64,000 nucleotides of DNA. It comes from Octopus sinensis. Taxonomy: Eukaryota. Each line of letters opens with the position of its first letter. The stretch's first letter is position 1. Position numbers and translations under genes: made by a program. Where the stretch lies: the NCBI RefSeq assembly GCF_006345805.1, contig NC_043006.1:40982001-41046000 (forward strand). The letters are read 5' to 3'. The notes beneath the pieces were generated by a model that had not been told where the DNA came from, did not search any database, and saw nothing but the letters and a program-made list of their open reading frames with translations. Positions 52,147 to 63,571 of the stretch are shown piece by piece.

Positions 52147-52300
52147 GACGGGCTTCTTTCAGTTTCCGTCTACCTAATCCGCTCACAAGGCTTTGGTCGA
52201 CCCGAGGCTATAGCAGATGACACTTGTTCAGGGTGCCATGTAGTAGAACGAACCCAAAACCATGTTGTTGGTAAGCAAGCTTCTTACCACACAGCCACTC
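52145..52300 (-). mobile_element. SINE family B, 5' half
   Basis: Head through gaaactgaaagaagcccgtcg. Confidence 0.8.
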
Positions 52301-52320
52301 TATGTATGTATGCATGTATG

Positions 52321-52352
<32 letters not shown>

Positions 52353-52383
52353 TGTATGTATGTATGTATGTATGTATGTATGT

Positions 52384-52419
<36 letters not shown>

Positions 52420-52422
52420 TAT

Positions 52423-52473
<51 letters not shown>

Positions 52474-52664
52474 GTGTGTGTGTGTGTTTACAGAAAAGTA
52501 CACATTGGTTAACAAAAAAGTTTATATTTTTACGAAATTGATGAATTCAATTACTGCGTTCTAGTTTAGCTACAAACTAGAACGATCACGTGCGCCCTAC
52601 AACTAAACTAGAACGAAGCAACTGATTTCAACAATTTCTGAAAATAACAAACTTTTATTCTTTT

Positions 52665-53085
52665 ATTCTCTTACTTGTCTCAGTCATTTGACTGCGGCCA
52701 TGCTGGAGCACTGGTTTTAGTCGAACCAATCGACTCCAGGACTTATTCTTTGTAAGCCTAGTACTTATTCTATAGGTCTCTTTTGCTGAGCCGACAGGCT
52801 ACGGGGGGACGTAAACACACCAACATCGGTTGTCAAGCGATGGTGGGGGACAGATACCGACACACAAACACACACACACACACACTTACACACACATACC
52901 CACAAACGCATATATATATATATACAGCAGGCTTATTTCAGTTTCCGTCTGCCAAATCCACACACAAGAGTTTGATCGGCCCGAGGCTACTGCAGAATAT
53001 ACCTGCTCAAGGTGTCACGCAGTGGGACTGAATCCGGAGCCATGTGGTTGGTAAGCAAGCTACGTACCACACAGCCACGCATGCG
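52665..53085 (-). mobile_element. SINE family B, full length
   Basis: As 14982-15400. Confidence 0.9.
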
Positions 53086-53273
53086 CCTATTCTGTTAACC
53101 AATGTGTACCTTTCTGTAAACATCTAATTACTAAAGTGGAAAAATTATCAGACAAGCTTTTTTTGTTAATTTTTACGAAATATATAATAACGGTACCAAT
53201 GACATTATATTTCTTATTTTACTATATATATATATATTTTACTAATATATAGATATATATATTATATAATATC

Positions 53274-53372
53274 AGCAAATCATCTGTGTTGTTGTTCGGT
53301 AAGAAATTGTCGATTTATCATACGCTGTCTTACGACAGGCGCGACCATATATAATATATATATATATACATA

Positions 53373-53418
<46 letters not shown>

Positions 53419-53624
53419 GTGTATCTTTCTCTCTCTGTATCTCTCTCTGTATCTTCTCTCTCTGTGTCTTTAGTTGAAGAGCGTAGGCTCGAAACGTTAA
53501 AGACTTGTTTTATTTATATTTCCTGAGCGCCATACTAATACAATTGTTCGTTTGTTTTCCACCTGCCTTCGTCTTTTGTTTTATTTCATAAAGCTTCCCG
53601 TTATATATATATATATATATATAT

Positions 53625-53672
<48 letters not shown>

Positions 53673-53965
53673 CAGCAAAATCAAGGAACGGCCATAATAG
53701 CCATTCACCCACTAGAAATAACAGCCAAGGCTTCAAACCGCAAAACAACATTAATTCCGCAAACCAGGAGAAAATTAAAAAAACATTTCCCTGTAGTTCT
53801 TTATACGATGCACCGTTTCATCTATTGTTTAATGGTAAACCAACCTGATTAAATTAAATCAAGCTAGTCTTCCATAGGCCGATAGATTCGTCAGTAAAGA
53901 ACGGCCAGATCGGAGCAGATATTTACACGAGGGCACTTCCATCACTGTCTCGGCAAAATATATGA

Positions 53966-54031
<66 letters not shown>

Positions 54032-54462
54032 TATATAAGGAGATAAATAAAAATATATGCATACATACAAACATATATGTACGTACCTACATCTACATGT
54101 ATATATACATGCATATATAAATAATTATACGTGAGTACAGGACATCACAATAAGACGTAGAAACGGAAAAAAACAAAAAACAAAAAACAAGAAAACGGAA
54201 AACAATTACAGGACGAGCTACACAAGGACAAAATCCCCGTCATCAGCTGTCGCTAGTGGAGTCAGGCATGTTTCGAAGGCATAGACAGTAGTTACAAAAC
54301 GAGAAAAATAAAAAGAATACGATACAGGAAATCAACCACACAAGGGGACGAACGAAAAAGCCTTTATATATGTATATATATATATATATGGTCTCGCCTG
54401 TCGTAAGACAGCGTATGAAGAATCGACAATTTCTTACCGAACAACAACACAGATGATTTGCT
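53274..54462. repeat. 77-bp inverted repeats enclosing about 1 kb of (TA)n and element ends
   Basis: 53274-53350 vs 54386-54462, about 3 mismatches. Confidence 0.9.
53466..53602 (+). mobile_element. (TA)n-embedded element terminus with a degenerate hammerhead-like motif
   Basis: gtcttt-agttga-a-GAGC gtag GCTC-GAAA-CGT-T-aaagac: stems I and II and GAAAC are intact, the CUGANGA core is degenerate. Confidence 0.4.
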
Positions 54463-54499
54463 TATAGAGATCTAATGTTTGTGTAGACATAAGCTCACT

Positions 54500-54688
54500 C
54501 CTTTCATCAGATCGACATTATCTGTACAGGTGCAACGGGTGCCACATGTCAGATGTCGAAAGGATCGTAGCGCAATGTGAAATGAAGTGTTTTGCTCAAG
54601 AACACAACGCCACGCTCGATCTGGGAATCGAACCCACGATCTCGCAATCGTGAGTGCATCACCGTAACCACTAAGCCATGAGCCTTCA
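54500..54688 (-). mobile_element. SINE family C head with a third tail type
   Basis: Family C head and centre, then cgacatctgacatgtggcacccgttgcacctgtac. Confidence 0.7.
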
Positions 54689-54713
54689 CACAAACACACA
54701 CACACACATACAC

Positions 54714-54789
<76 letters not shown>

Positions 54790-54791
<2 letters not shown>

Positions 54792-55182
54792 GAGTAGCTG
54801 TGTGGTAAATAGCTTGCTTACCAACCACATGGTTCCGGGTTCAGTCCTACAACGTGGCACCTTAGGCAAGTGTCTTCTACAATAGCTTCGGGCCGATCAA
54901 AGCCTTGTGAGTGGATTTGATAGACGGAAACTGAAAAGAAGCCCGTCGTACATATGCATATATATGTGTGTGTTTGTGTGTCTGTGTTTGTCCCTCCAAC
55001 ATCGCTTCACAACCGATGCTGGTGTGTATACGTCCCCGTAACTTGGCGGTTCGGCTAAAAGGGACCGATAGAATAAGTACTAAGGCTTACAAAGAATAAG
55101 TCCTGGGGTCGATTTGGTCGACTAAAGGCGGTGCTCCAGCATGGCCACAGTCAAGTGACTGAAACAAGTAAAAGAGTAAAAG
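54790..55182 (+). mobile_element. SINE family B, full length
   Basis: As 14982-15400. Confidence 0.9.
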
Positions 55183-55204
55183 CAGTATATATCTAAGTTG
55201 CGAC

Positions 55205-55256
<52 letters not shown>

Positions 55257-55544
55257 AGATATAATATATATATATAGGTATATATATCTATATATATATA
55301 TATATCCAGGTTCGACATTCAAAGAAGCTATGTCCAACGACTTTGAGTAAATTACTCAAAGACAATTCTAAGAATGAATAAAGCTTGTAATCGATAATCG
55401 TTTGTTCGACAAAATAAATTTTGTTTCGCCTATGGCTCTGCGGACACTATCTGCATGCCTGTATGTGTTTATTTGTCTGTTTGTCTGACAGTTTTTCTGT
55501 GTATCTGTCTGTTTGTATGTCTCTCCCTCTATACATATGTGCAC

Positions 55545-55594
<50 letters not shown>

Positions 55595-56764
55595 AAGAAA
55601 CACGCACACACAGATATATGTATGCATGCATATCTGTATGTTTAGCATTGTAGTAAACATGTGAACTTCACACGAGACTTGGTGAATCACAGATAACTAT
55701 GAAAAATATATAACTCTAGGAAAGCACGTGCAAGTAATTTGTTGCTTAATTATACCTTTTGAAAATACGAACAGAGCCAAGGAGTAAGTATGTGGTCGTT
55801 TCATTTGCTAGAAATAGCAACAACATTTTGTTCACACCCCCTTGCATAATGTTGTCCTAGATACACTGTTTTCGAAAAATAAACAGACACACAAGATGAA
55901 CGCTATAGTCAGGTCAATGTTTGACATAACGAAAGCCTCTGAGCCTATGTTTCTTCAATGAGGGCCAAACTGGGACAAAACACCAAACCAACAAACAAAC
56001 AACGACCACAAGAAGAAGAAGAACAAAAAAGAAACAACAAAAGCAACATCTGCAACAACTTCCATAAGCTACGTATTTTTTTACGATAATTCGACGAATT
56101 TTTAAAGTACAAAATAAGTTGTGCAACTTAACAACATTTCGAAAATATAACTATGTTCTTACTTGAAGAATTAATGAATTCTTGGAGGATCAAAGACCAA
56201 TTTTGATCACGGATTAGCTGTGTTGTTATTTGATGACATAGAACGTTTTCTTAGACGAAACGTCGCGCATTCTTTAGTCTATATACATTTTTGTAAATAT
56301 GTATGTAGTTATGTATGTGTGCATGCGTGTGTGTGTCTGTCAGTGTGTAAGTATGTCAGTGTGTGAGTATGTCAGTGTGAACGTCTGTGCTGTATCAGCG
56401 TCTGCATTTAATTCTCTGCATATCTGTGCGTGTGTATGTGTGTGTTTCTGTGGGCGTGTGCATATGTATGCCTGTGGGTGTGGCCCTGCGTATTCGTTTG
56501 TACCAATAACTGTTTTGTGCGTGTGTAGCTATGTGTGAGTGCATACGTAAGGGGACATTATGTATGTACGGGGCAAGTATTTGGATGTGTGTGTGTGTGT
56601 GTGTGTGTTAGAGTTATCATGTATGAGTATACAGCATTATGTGTCTGTCCCTCAGGTTACGGGAAAATTCCACGATTTTGTGGTTATTTCCTTCCAACAA
56701 TAATGAAGACAAGAAACCGCAAATATGTCTGATGCTATATTTACATATGTACGTATGCATATTC

Positions 56765-57012
56765 TCTCTTTACTTGTTTCAGTCATTTGGCTGCGGCCAT
56801 GCTGGAACACCGCCTTTAGTCGAGCAAATCGACCCTAGGACTTATTCTTTGTAAGCCCAGTACTTATTCTATCGGTCTCTTTTGCCGAACCGCTAAGTTA
56901 CAGGGACGTAAACACACCAGCATCGGTTGTCAAGCGATGTTGGGGCACAAATACAAACATACAAACAAATAAACACATACATATATATATATATATACAT
57001 ATATATACGACG
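56765..57012 (-). mobile_element. SINE family B, 3' half
   Basis: Tail and body. Confidence 0.85.
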
Positions 57013-57244
57013 GTCTTCATACACACATATAACAAACATGCACATATACGCATCTGTACATATATCTATAGATATATATATATATTTTGCTTAAGTATAC
57101 AGGTAATATATGTGATAAAGCTAAATTGAATGTGAAAATATCAATGTAAATATGTATGTATGTATATAATATGTATATATGTACATATATAATATGTATA
57201 TATCTATCTATCTATCTATCATCATATATTATATATATATATAT

Positions 57245-57293
<49 letters not shown>

Positions 57294-57513
57294 TATATAC
57301 ATATATGAAAATACATACATACATACATACATACATAATACATACATACATCATATACATATATATATATTTGTATAATATGTATATATTATATATAATG
57401 TATATATACATACTACATACATCATACATACATACATACATACGTACATACATACGTATACACATCCATATGGAGTTTGTATGAATGTATGAGTTTAGTG
57501 TGTATATATATAT

Positions 57514-57578
<65 letters not shown>

Positions 57579-57610
57579 CTTTTATTTTAAGCAGCAGAAA
57601 TTCAACAAAT

Positions 57611-57646
57611 CTGTTACTCTGAGTTTCTCGTTGCGTTCATCAGACA
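57611..57646 (-). ncRNA. Minimal hammerhead ribozyme motif (opposite strand)
   Basis: Minus strand CTGATGA-acgcaacga-GAAA-ctcaga-GTA-acag. Confidence 0.55.
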
Positions 57647-57683
57647 TGTCTGATGAACGGCAACTAGAAACTCAGAGTAACAG
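57647..57683 (+). ncRNA. Minimal hammerhead ribozyme motif
   Basis: CTGATGA (57650-56), acggcaacta, GAAA (57667-70), ctcagagt, cleavage triplet GUA (after 57679), acag pairing with upstream tgt. Confidence 0.6.
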
Positions 57684-57813
57684 ATTTTGTTGAATTTTCT
57701 GCTGCTTAAAATAAGCATATTACTCTACCACTGGTATTTGAGTACTCCTTTTTCCACATTGTTTCACATTTATGTGTTACTCCGGCATTATATATATCTA
57801 TATATATATAATA

Positions 57814-57879
<66 letters not shown>

Positions 57880-58230
57880 ATGTAGTATGTATGTATGTAT
57901 GTATGTAGAGGTATAATATAGTTTATATGTAATATATACTTTGGCTCTGAAAGTAAATATTTATAACTGCATACATATACATACATACATCATACATACA
58001 TACATACATAATACATACATACATAATATATATATATATATAATATATATATATTAACATAATATACAATATATATACACATATATATAATGTGTGTATG
58101 TACATAAATCATGTGTCTACATCTGTGTGCATGTATTTGTATGTATCTATGAATGTATGAGTATATGTATACTATGTATATATATATATATATAAATATA
58201 CACACACACTACACACACACACACACACAT

Positions 58231-58266
<36 letters not shown>

Positions 58267-58483
58267 TCATCTATGAATATATGTGCGTGTGTGTATGTGT
58301 TTTCTTTTATTTTGGGAATAACATATCTCGAAAGACATATATGCAGCTGTAGGTAGCAGTATTACATAGTGTATGAAAAAATGGTTGACCAGTATTTCCA
58401 TGCTATTTATGTGTTTCGGAATTTACTGTTCCATGAAAAAATTATTTCACGCTCTATCGAAACTTGCTAACATTCTTACTATG

Positions 58484-58523
<40 letters not shown>

Positions 58524-58615
58524 AATATAATATTAGGGAGTATAACTCCAAACTTACAGGGAAAAATTCAATTTAGTATTAAATCAAATTTCACAATATA
58601 AATATATAAAATATA

Positions 58616-58771
58616 AATTAGTGATAAAACCACTATTATTCAACTCAAACAGTGTTAGACATAAACCAAAACATAAATGACAAATAAAACATATTTTTAT
58701 AAAACATATAACTAGATCTCAAAAATGTCTATCACTGTTTGAGTTGCATAATAGTGGTTTTATCTCTAATT
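58616..58771. repeat. Inverted repeat with 46-bp arms and a 64-bp spacer in a (TA)n-associated element
   Basis: aattagtgataaaaccactattattcaactcaaacagtgttagaca / tgtctatcactgtttgagttgcataatagtggttttatctctaatt. Confidence 0.85.
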
Positions 58772-58805
58772 TTTATATATATATATATCCACACATATAC
58801 ACATA

Positions 58806-58865
<60 letters not shown>

Positions 58866-58994
58866 ACACACAGACATTCACATACATAGATTTATATATA
58901 CAAATACATTGCTAGGAAATTTAGTATTTTAGTATTTTTCTAAGCATGCCCTGATACAAAAATGAAATCTAATTATGTACCAGATGATTGACAC

Positions 58995-59118
58995 CAAAAA
59001 AGTTTCTTATACATAGATAATATTGTAATCCCTTACAAAGCCTTTTCTCCAAATTTTAAGCCCCCAAATTAGGGGGTTCCTTACACACGAGAGTTCTTTA
59101 TACACGTTAAAAAATGGT
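58995..59118. mobile_element. Third partial copy of the same MITE
   Basis: gtaatcccttacaaagcc..gagagttctttatacacgttaaaaaatggta. Confidence 0.65.
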
Positions 59119-59201
59119 ATATAAATATATGCATGCATATATGCATTACATAATATCATCTGCTATATGCCATTTTCGATTCTCTAAGGCATATCAATTA
59201 A

Positions 59202-59565
59202 TCTTTATATATAAAGCTGAAGTTGTCTGTGTATGGCAGGTTTGGTAGCCTTCAACTAACACTATCTCCTCTGAGACCCTGCGGTGCAAGTTGATCAAAA
59301 TTGAGAGAAGACGGCTTGCTCTTCATTCCGTAGAAGATAAAATTCAAATCGGACCATGTTAAGACCAAAAATTATTTACATCAAAAAGGTGCTTTTTTTT
59401 TACGATTTTTTGACTGCTGTATCGCCATTTTTTCGGTGTTTTTCAACAAGAAAAATGTTCACTTAAAGAGAATAACATGCTACATAATGCAAAATTTTTA
59501 CTTTTCAAAAATTTCAATTCTATAGGGTCGAAACAAACCCGAGTAACGCCGGGCGATACTGCTAG
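59202..59565 (+). mobile_element. Non-autonomous Helitron, 364 bp
   Basis: 5' A|TCTTTATATATAAAG; 3' hairpin cccg-agtaacgc-cggg (59538-59553) followed by CTAG end. Confidence 0.85.
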
Positions 59566-59939
59566 CATTTCATAAATTTATAGCATAGACAACTCGAAAA
59601 TCTGTGTTTGTTGGGTACATAATATCAGAAAGATGTCAACTCAGTCATAGATAAATGTAGATGCTGTCCCGAAAACTTTGTCTCTATTTTACTCGATTGA
59701 TGGATACACAACAATGAGCAGATATCATGTAATCATTTTCTCGAAGTGATCAAATGATTCATTATTCTTGCATCGGACTGCTAACTATCTAGTAGTACTA
59801 TACAAGTACAGTTGCCAGCAGCAATGAAAGCCGGCATTTACTAGCGTAAAACATTGCAGAAAGATATCAGTTTTGTAGCAAAGCTTTCAGCAACTCCCGA
59901 AAACCACGATAAAAATGAAAGACATCTAAGATTGTCTAA

Positions 59940-60400
59940 CATTTTGCAGAGATAATAAAAAATGGTGGATTGAAAAGGACTGATTGTAAGTAATTTTAAT
60001 GACAAAATATGGATTATACACTTCAGATCAACCGTACTTTTAACGTGTATAAAGAACTCTCTAATTTTAGGGACTTAAAATCTGGGGGAAAAAAAGAAAG
60101 GTTTCGTAAGGGATTATAATACTTCCATATTTTTTAAACCTACTTTTTGACAAAAAAGTGTTCCTTATACATGTTAGAATACGGTAATTCTCCTTTCATT
60201 CATCGCCTATGAAACTCAAAGAGCAGATTACATAATTTGATAGTATTATATGATTGCATAGTCAAGCAACGTTCAACCATTATGATATTTCAGGTGGGAG
60301 ATTTCTGCAAAAAGTGATATTACAATAAGACATCACGGTACAGCCATAAACTATAAAACCTTTTTGAATATTCAAAAGAAGATGCTGCTCATATAATCAT
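59940..60400 (+). mobile_element. Possible Tc1-like transposase relic, copy 1 (MITE-interrupted)
   Basis: Homologous to the reverse complement of 62845-63245 (gcagagataat, taattttaatgac, gacatcacggtacagc blocks). Confidence 0.45.
60032..60184. mobile_element. Short TIR MITE (ccgta..tacgg), full copy
   Basis: TIRs ccgtacttttaacgtgtataaagaac / gttccttatacatgttagaatacgg; 3' TA. Confidence 0.8.
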
Positions 60401-60592
60401 CTGCAATTCTATTATATTTGACAAGATAGCACAGACTACCACTCTGCAATATTAGTGAAAGACTGGATTAAGTTAATGATATTGTTTTATGAGGGTAAAT
60501 GATCAGAACCATGGAACTATGCATATTTTATAGGTTGAAATAATGAAATCACTTGAGCCTATATTAGTGCATACAAACTTTTGAATATATAT

Positions 60593-60722
60593 ACCTATTT
60601 TAACGTGTATAAGGAACCCTTTTCTGTCAAAAATTAGGTTAAAAAAATATTGAAGTTTCTTATACATGGATAGTATTATAATCCCTTACAAAGCAATTTT
60701 TTTCCAAATTTTAAGCCTCAGA
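60593..60722. mobile_element. Second, inverted partial copy of the same MITE
   Basis: cctattttaacgtgtataaggaac..tattataatcccttacaaagc. Confidence 0.7.
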
Positions 60723-60854
60723 AATTGTGTATGTATGTATGTATGTATGTATGTATGTATGTATGTATGTATGTATGTATGTATGTATGCGTGTATGTAT
60801 ATATCTACACACACATACACACACACGCACACACACACACATTACTTTTTACTT

Positions 60855-61235
60855 TTTTACATGTTTCAGTCATTTGACTGTGGCCATGCTGGAGCACCTT
60901 TAATCGAGTAAATCGACCCCAGGACTTATTCTTTGTAAGCCTAGTACTTATTCTATCGGTCTCTTTTGCCGAACCGCTAAGGTACGGGGACGTAAACACA
61001 CCAGCATCGGTTGTCAAGCGATGTTGGGGGGACAAATGCAGACACACAAACACACACGCACACATTTATAGATATACATATATACGACGGTCTTCTTTCA
61101 GTTTCCGCTTACCGAATCCATTCACATGGCTTTGGTCGGCTGTAGTAGAAGACACTTGCCCAAGGTGCTAAACAGTGGGACTGAACCCAGAACCATGTGG
61201 TTGGTAAGCAAGCTACTTACCACACAGCCACTCCA
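60855..61235 (-). mobile_element. SINE family B, full length
   Basis: As 14982-15400. Confidence 0.9.
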
Positions 61236-61367
61236 TAGATCCAGATGAATATAGCGCTTAAGTTGAGGCACCAGAATTTAGTACGGTATTATCCACACAA
61301 TTTGAAAATATGGTGATTAAAATTAAAATAAGCAACAAGGATATCCAGATATGTATATATACATATA

Positions 61368-61411
<44 letters not shown>

Positions 61412-61579
61412 CATACATACATGTACATGTATTATTGTAAACTAGGGCCTCCTGACACCAATACGGCTCCAACAGTCAACTCAACAGCTGGGAAACCGCA
61501 GGCCAGCCCAACAAGCCAATTTGCTTAGAGAAGTAGTCGTACCCAGCTATTTGTCTTGGGTAGTGTGGTTCTTTGTCGC

Positions 61580-61782
61580 TAGGGTTCACTTCGACTTGTC
61601 ACATCGCATCTTTACACCACCGAATGTTTTCATTGCCAAATTCACACTCTCTCTTTTCGTAGCCAACTTCACATTGACTGCCGCCTTTTCTCTGTTTGTT
61701 TACGCTGCCACATTCACACATCGCGTTCTTTACGTCACCAACTTCACACTCCGCGTTCGTTTACGTCACCAACTGGAACTAA
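61580..61782. repeat. Degenerate about 30-nt minisatellite (ccaacttcacactccgcgttcgtttacgtca)
   Basis: Five to six imperfect units. Confidence 0.7.
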
Positions 61783-61795
61783 GCGTTCCTTTACC

Positions 61796-62027
61796 TATTT
61801 CTTTACTACCCACAAGGGGCTAAACACAGAGAGGACAAACAAGGACAGAAAAACGGATTAAGTCGATTACATCGACCCCAGTGCGTAACTAGTACTTATT
61901 TAATCGACCCCGAAGGATGAAAGGCAAAGTCGACCTCAGCAGAATTTGAACTCAGAACGTAGCGGCAGACAAAATACCTCAAAGCATTTCGCCTGGCGTG
62001 CTAACGATTTTGCCAGCTCGCCGCCTT
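61796..62027 (-). mobile_element. Family A SINE with probable 13-bp TSD
   Basis: Flanks gcgttcctttacc (61783-95) and gcgttcgtttacc (62028-40). Confidence 0.85.
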
Positions 62028-62640
62028 GCGTTCGTTTACCAGTTCAGATTGTCCATCTCGCCCAAAACAAAGAAAAACCGTGCAGCATGCTTCAAATTAG
62101 TCACATGATTTACAACGTCATTTCTCTTTCGTAACAGTATGTACGTGTAATCAAAAGTTTGTATGCACTGATAAAAATATGATTTTATATTGATGGTGCA
62201 GATGGAAAAAGAAAGCAAGGATTGTATTTTATAATAAATAAACTCAATAAACAATTTACAAAACGTTGATATCAATGTTATACTGTTCAATACTTATAGA
62301 GGTTGCACTTTACTTCAATAGAAAATCAGAGAGGTCAGGCATGTTTTCGACCAAATTTTGCTGTTAGCTGAGATTATCTTCTGGGTCTAATCCTACAATA
62401 TCTCTTTTAATTCTTTAATTAACAGAGAGTTATGATTTTCGTTTTCTTTTTCTGTGGGCTCAAGTGAATTCCTGACTTCAACGTATTGACTCTAATTCTG
62501 TAGGTTCCTGATTCTGGTCATTTACCATTTAGAACAATGTTATTATCTGAAGTCATTCTTTCACGAATTTTGCATAACAATAAGTGTGTGCCATCTTGTA
62601 AAATATAATGGAATTATACGTGGTTATATGAGCAGGCAAT

Positions 62641-62826
62641 AAGGCAGCGAGTTGGCGGAATCATTAGCAGGAAGAGCAAAATGCTTAGCAGCCGCCGAAG
62701 TCGACTTTGCCTTCCATCAACCTTTCAGAGTTGATAAAATAAGTATCAGTTGCGTACTGGGTCGATCTAATCGACTGGTCTCTCCCACAAAATTTCAGGC
62801 ATTGAATCTATAGTAGAAAGGATTAT
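62641..62826 (+). mobile_element. SINE family A (internally deleted)
   Basis: aaggcagcgagttggcggaatc.. Confidence 0.75.
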
Positions 62827-62844
62827 ATGAGTTGGTACCTCTTC

Positions 62845-63245
62845 AGAATATCCCAAAAAGAATTTTCAAAGTTTATTGCTGTACCGTGATGTCATATCGC
62901 ATCAATAAACAATTATTTATAATCATATTATAACTATATAAGATATTGATCCTGTAAACCAAAATCAAATACTATATTCTTATAACTTTTCTTAAGCTTA
63001 CAAGTGAATCGAACACTCATAAAAAGTTTTCAAAACCCATATTTATCCAATATAATCTAAAAATCAGCTCTCGCAGGAATTCATAATGGCTGAATTTTGC
63101 TGGACTCTTGCAAATGTATATTCGAATGGTTCTTTCCAAGGAGAATTAGATGCAAAGTGCATAATCGATATTTCGTCATTAAAATTATTTAACCAATACT
63201 TTTCAATTAATTTTTCATTATCTCTGCTAAATTTCAGACGATATT
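62845..63245 (-). mobile_element. Possible Tc1-like transposase relic, copy 2
   Basis: RLKFSRDNEKLIEKYWLNNFNDEISIMHF resembles Tc1 RLxFAxxH..W..VxFSDE. Confidence 0.45.
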
Positions 63246-63482
63246 AATTTTGAAAGACTTACAACTAAACGGATGTTTTTCTGCAGTGTTTTATGTGAAT
63301 ATATACATGCACTCGTTGCTAATGTTTTTTTTTGGCACCGAGTTTACAATCCTGTAAATAATAATAACGGTATTTTTATATAAACTAAAAGCATATGGCG
63401 ATCACAATCCAATGACTAAGGAAAATAGTCAAATATAGGGGCATATAAGCCCTCGGCAGAAAAAAAAAGAAGGCTTTCATAT

Positions 63483-63550
63483 CCGCGTGGGAGTCGAACC
63501 CACATCCATTTGTTAAAGCGACTAAGTGTACCATCGAATCAGCCACCCCT
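63483..63550 (-). pseudogene. Degenerate tRNA-like sequence (tRNA pseudogene or SINE head)
   Basis: T-arm GTGGG-TTCGACT-CCCAC (B box) is intact; D and anticodon arms do not fold convincingly. Confidence 0.4.
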
Positions 63551-63571
63551 ACGTATATATATATATATATA

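Larger units (their letters stand above)
57581..57785 (+). mobile_element. (TA)n-embedded palindromic element, probably a Penelope-like terminus
   Basis: Inverted arms about 57581-57645 and 57646-57714 plus a unique tail; the same element in opposite orientation at 63572-63791. Confidence 0.75.
56970..58270. repeat. Large (TA)n/(TACA)n microsatellite field
   Basis: Direct inspection. Confidence 0.95.

Noticed and set aside
52557-52615. Small triple inverted repeat (cgttctagttt / aaactagaacg twice)
   Set aside because: 11-13 bp arms, single occurrence, no further structure.
54130-54362. CTGATGA and CGAAAC on the minus strand as a third hammerhead
   Set aside because: Stem II strands do not pair and no NUH follows a stem III; topology not satisfied in this copy.
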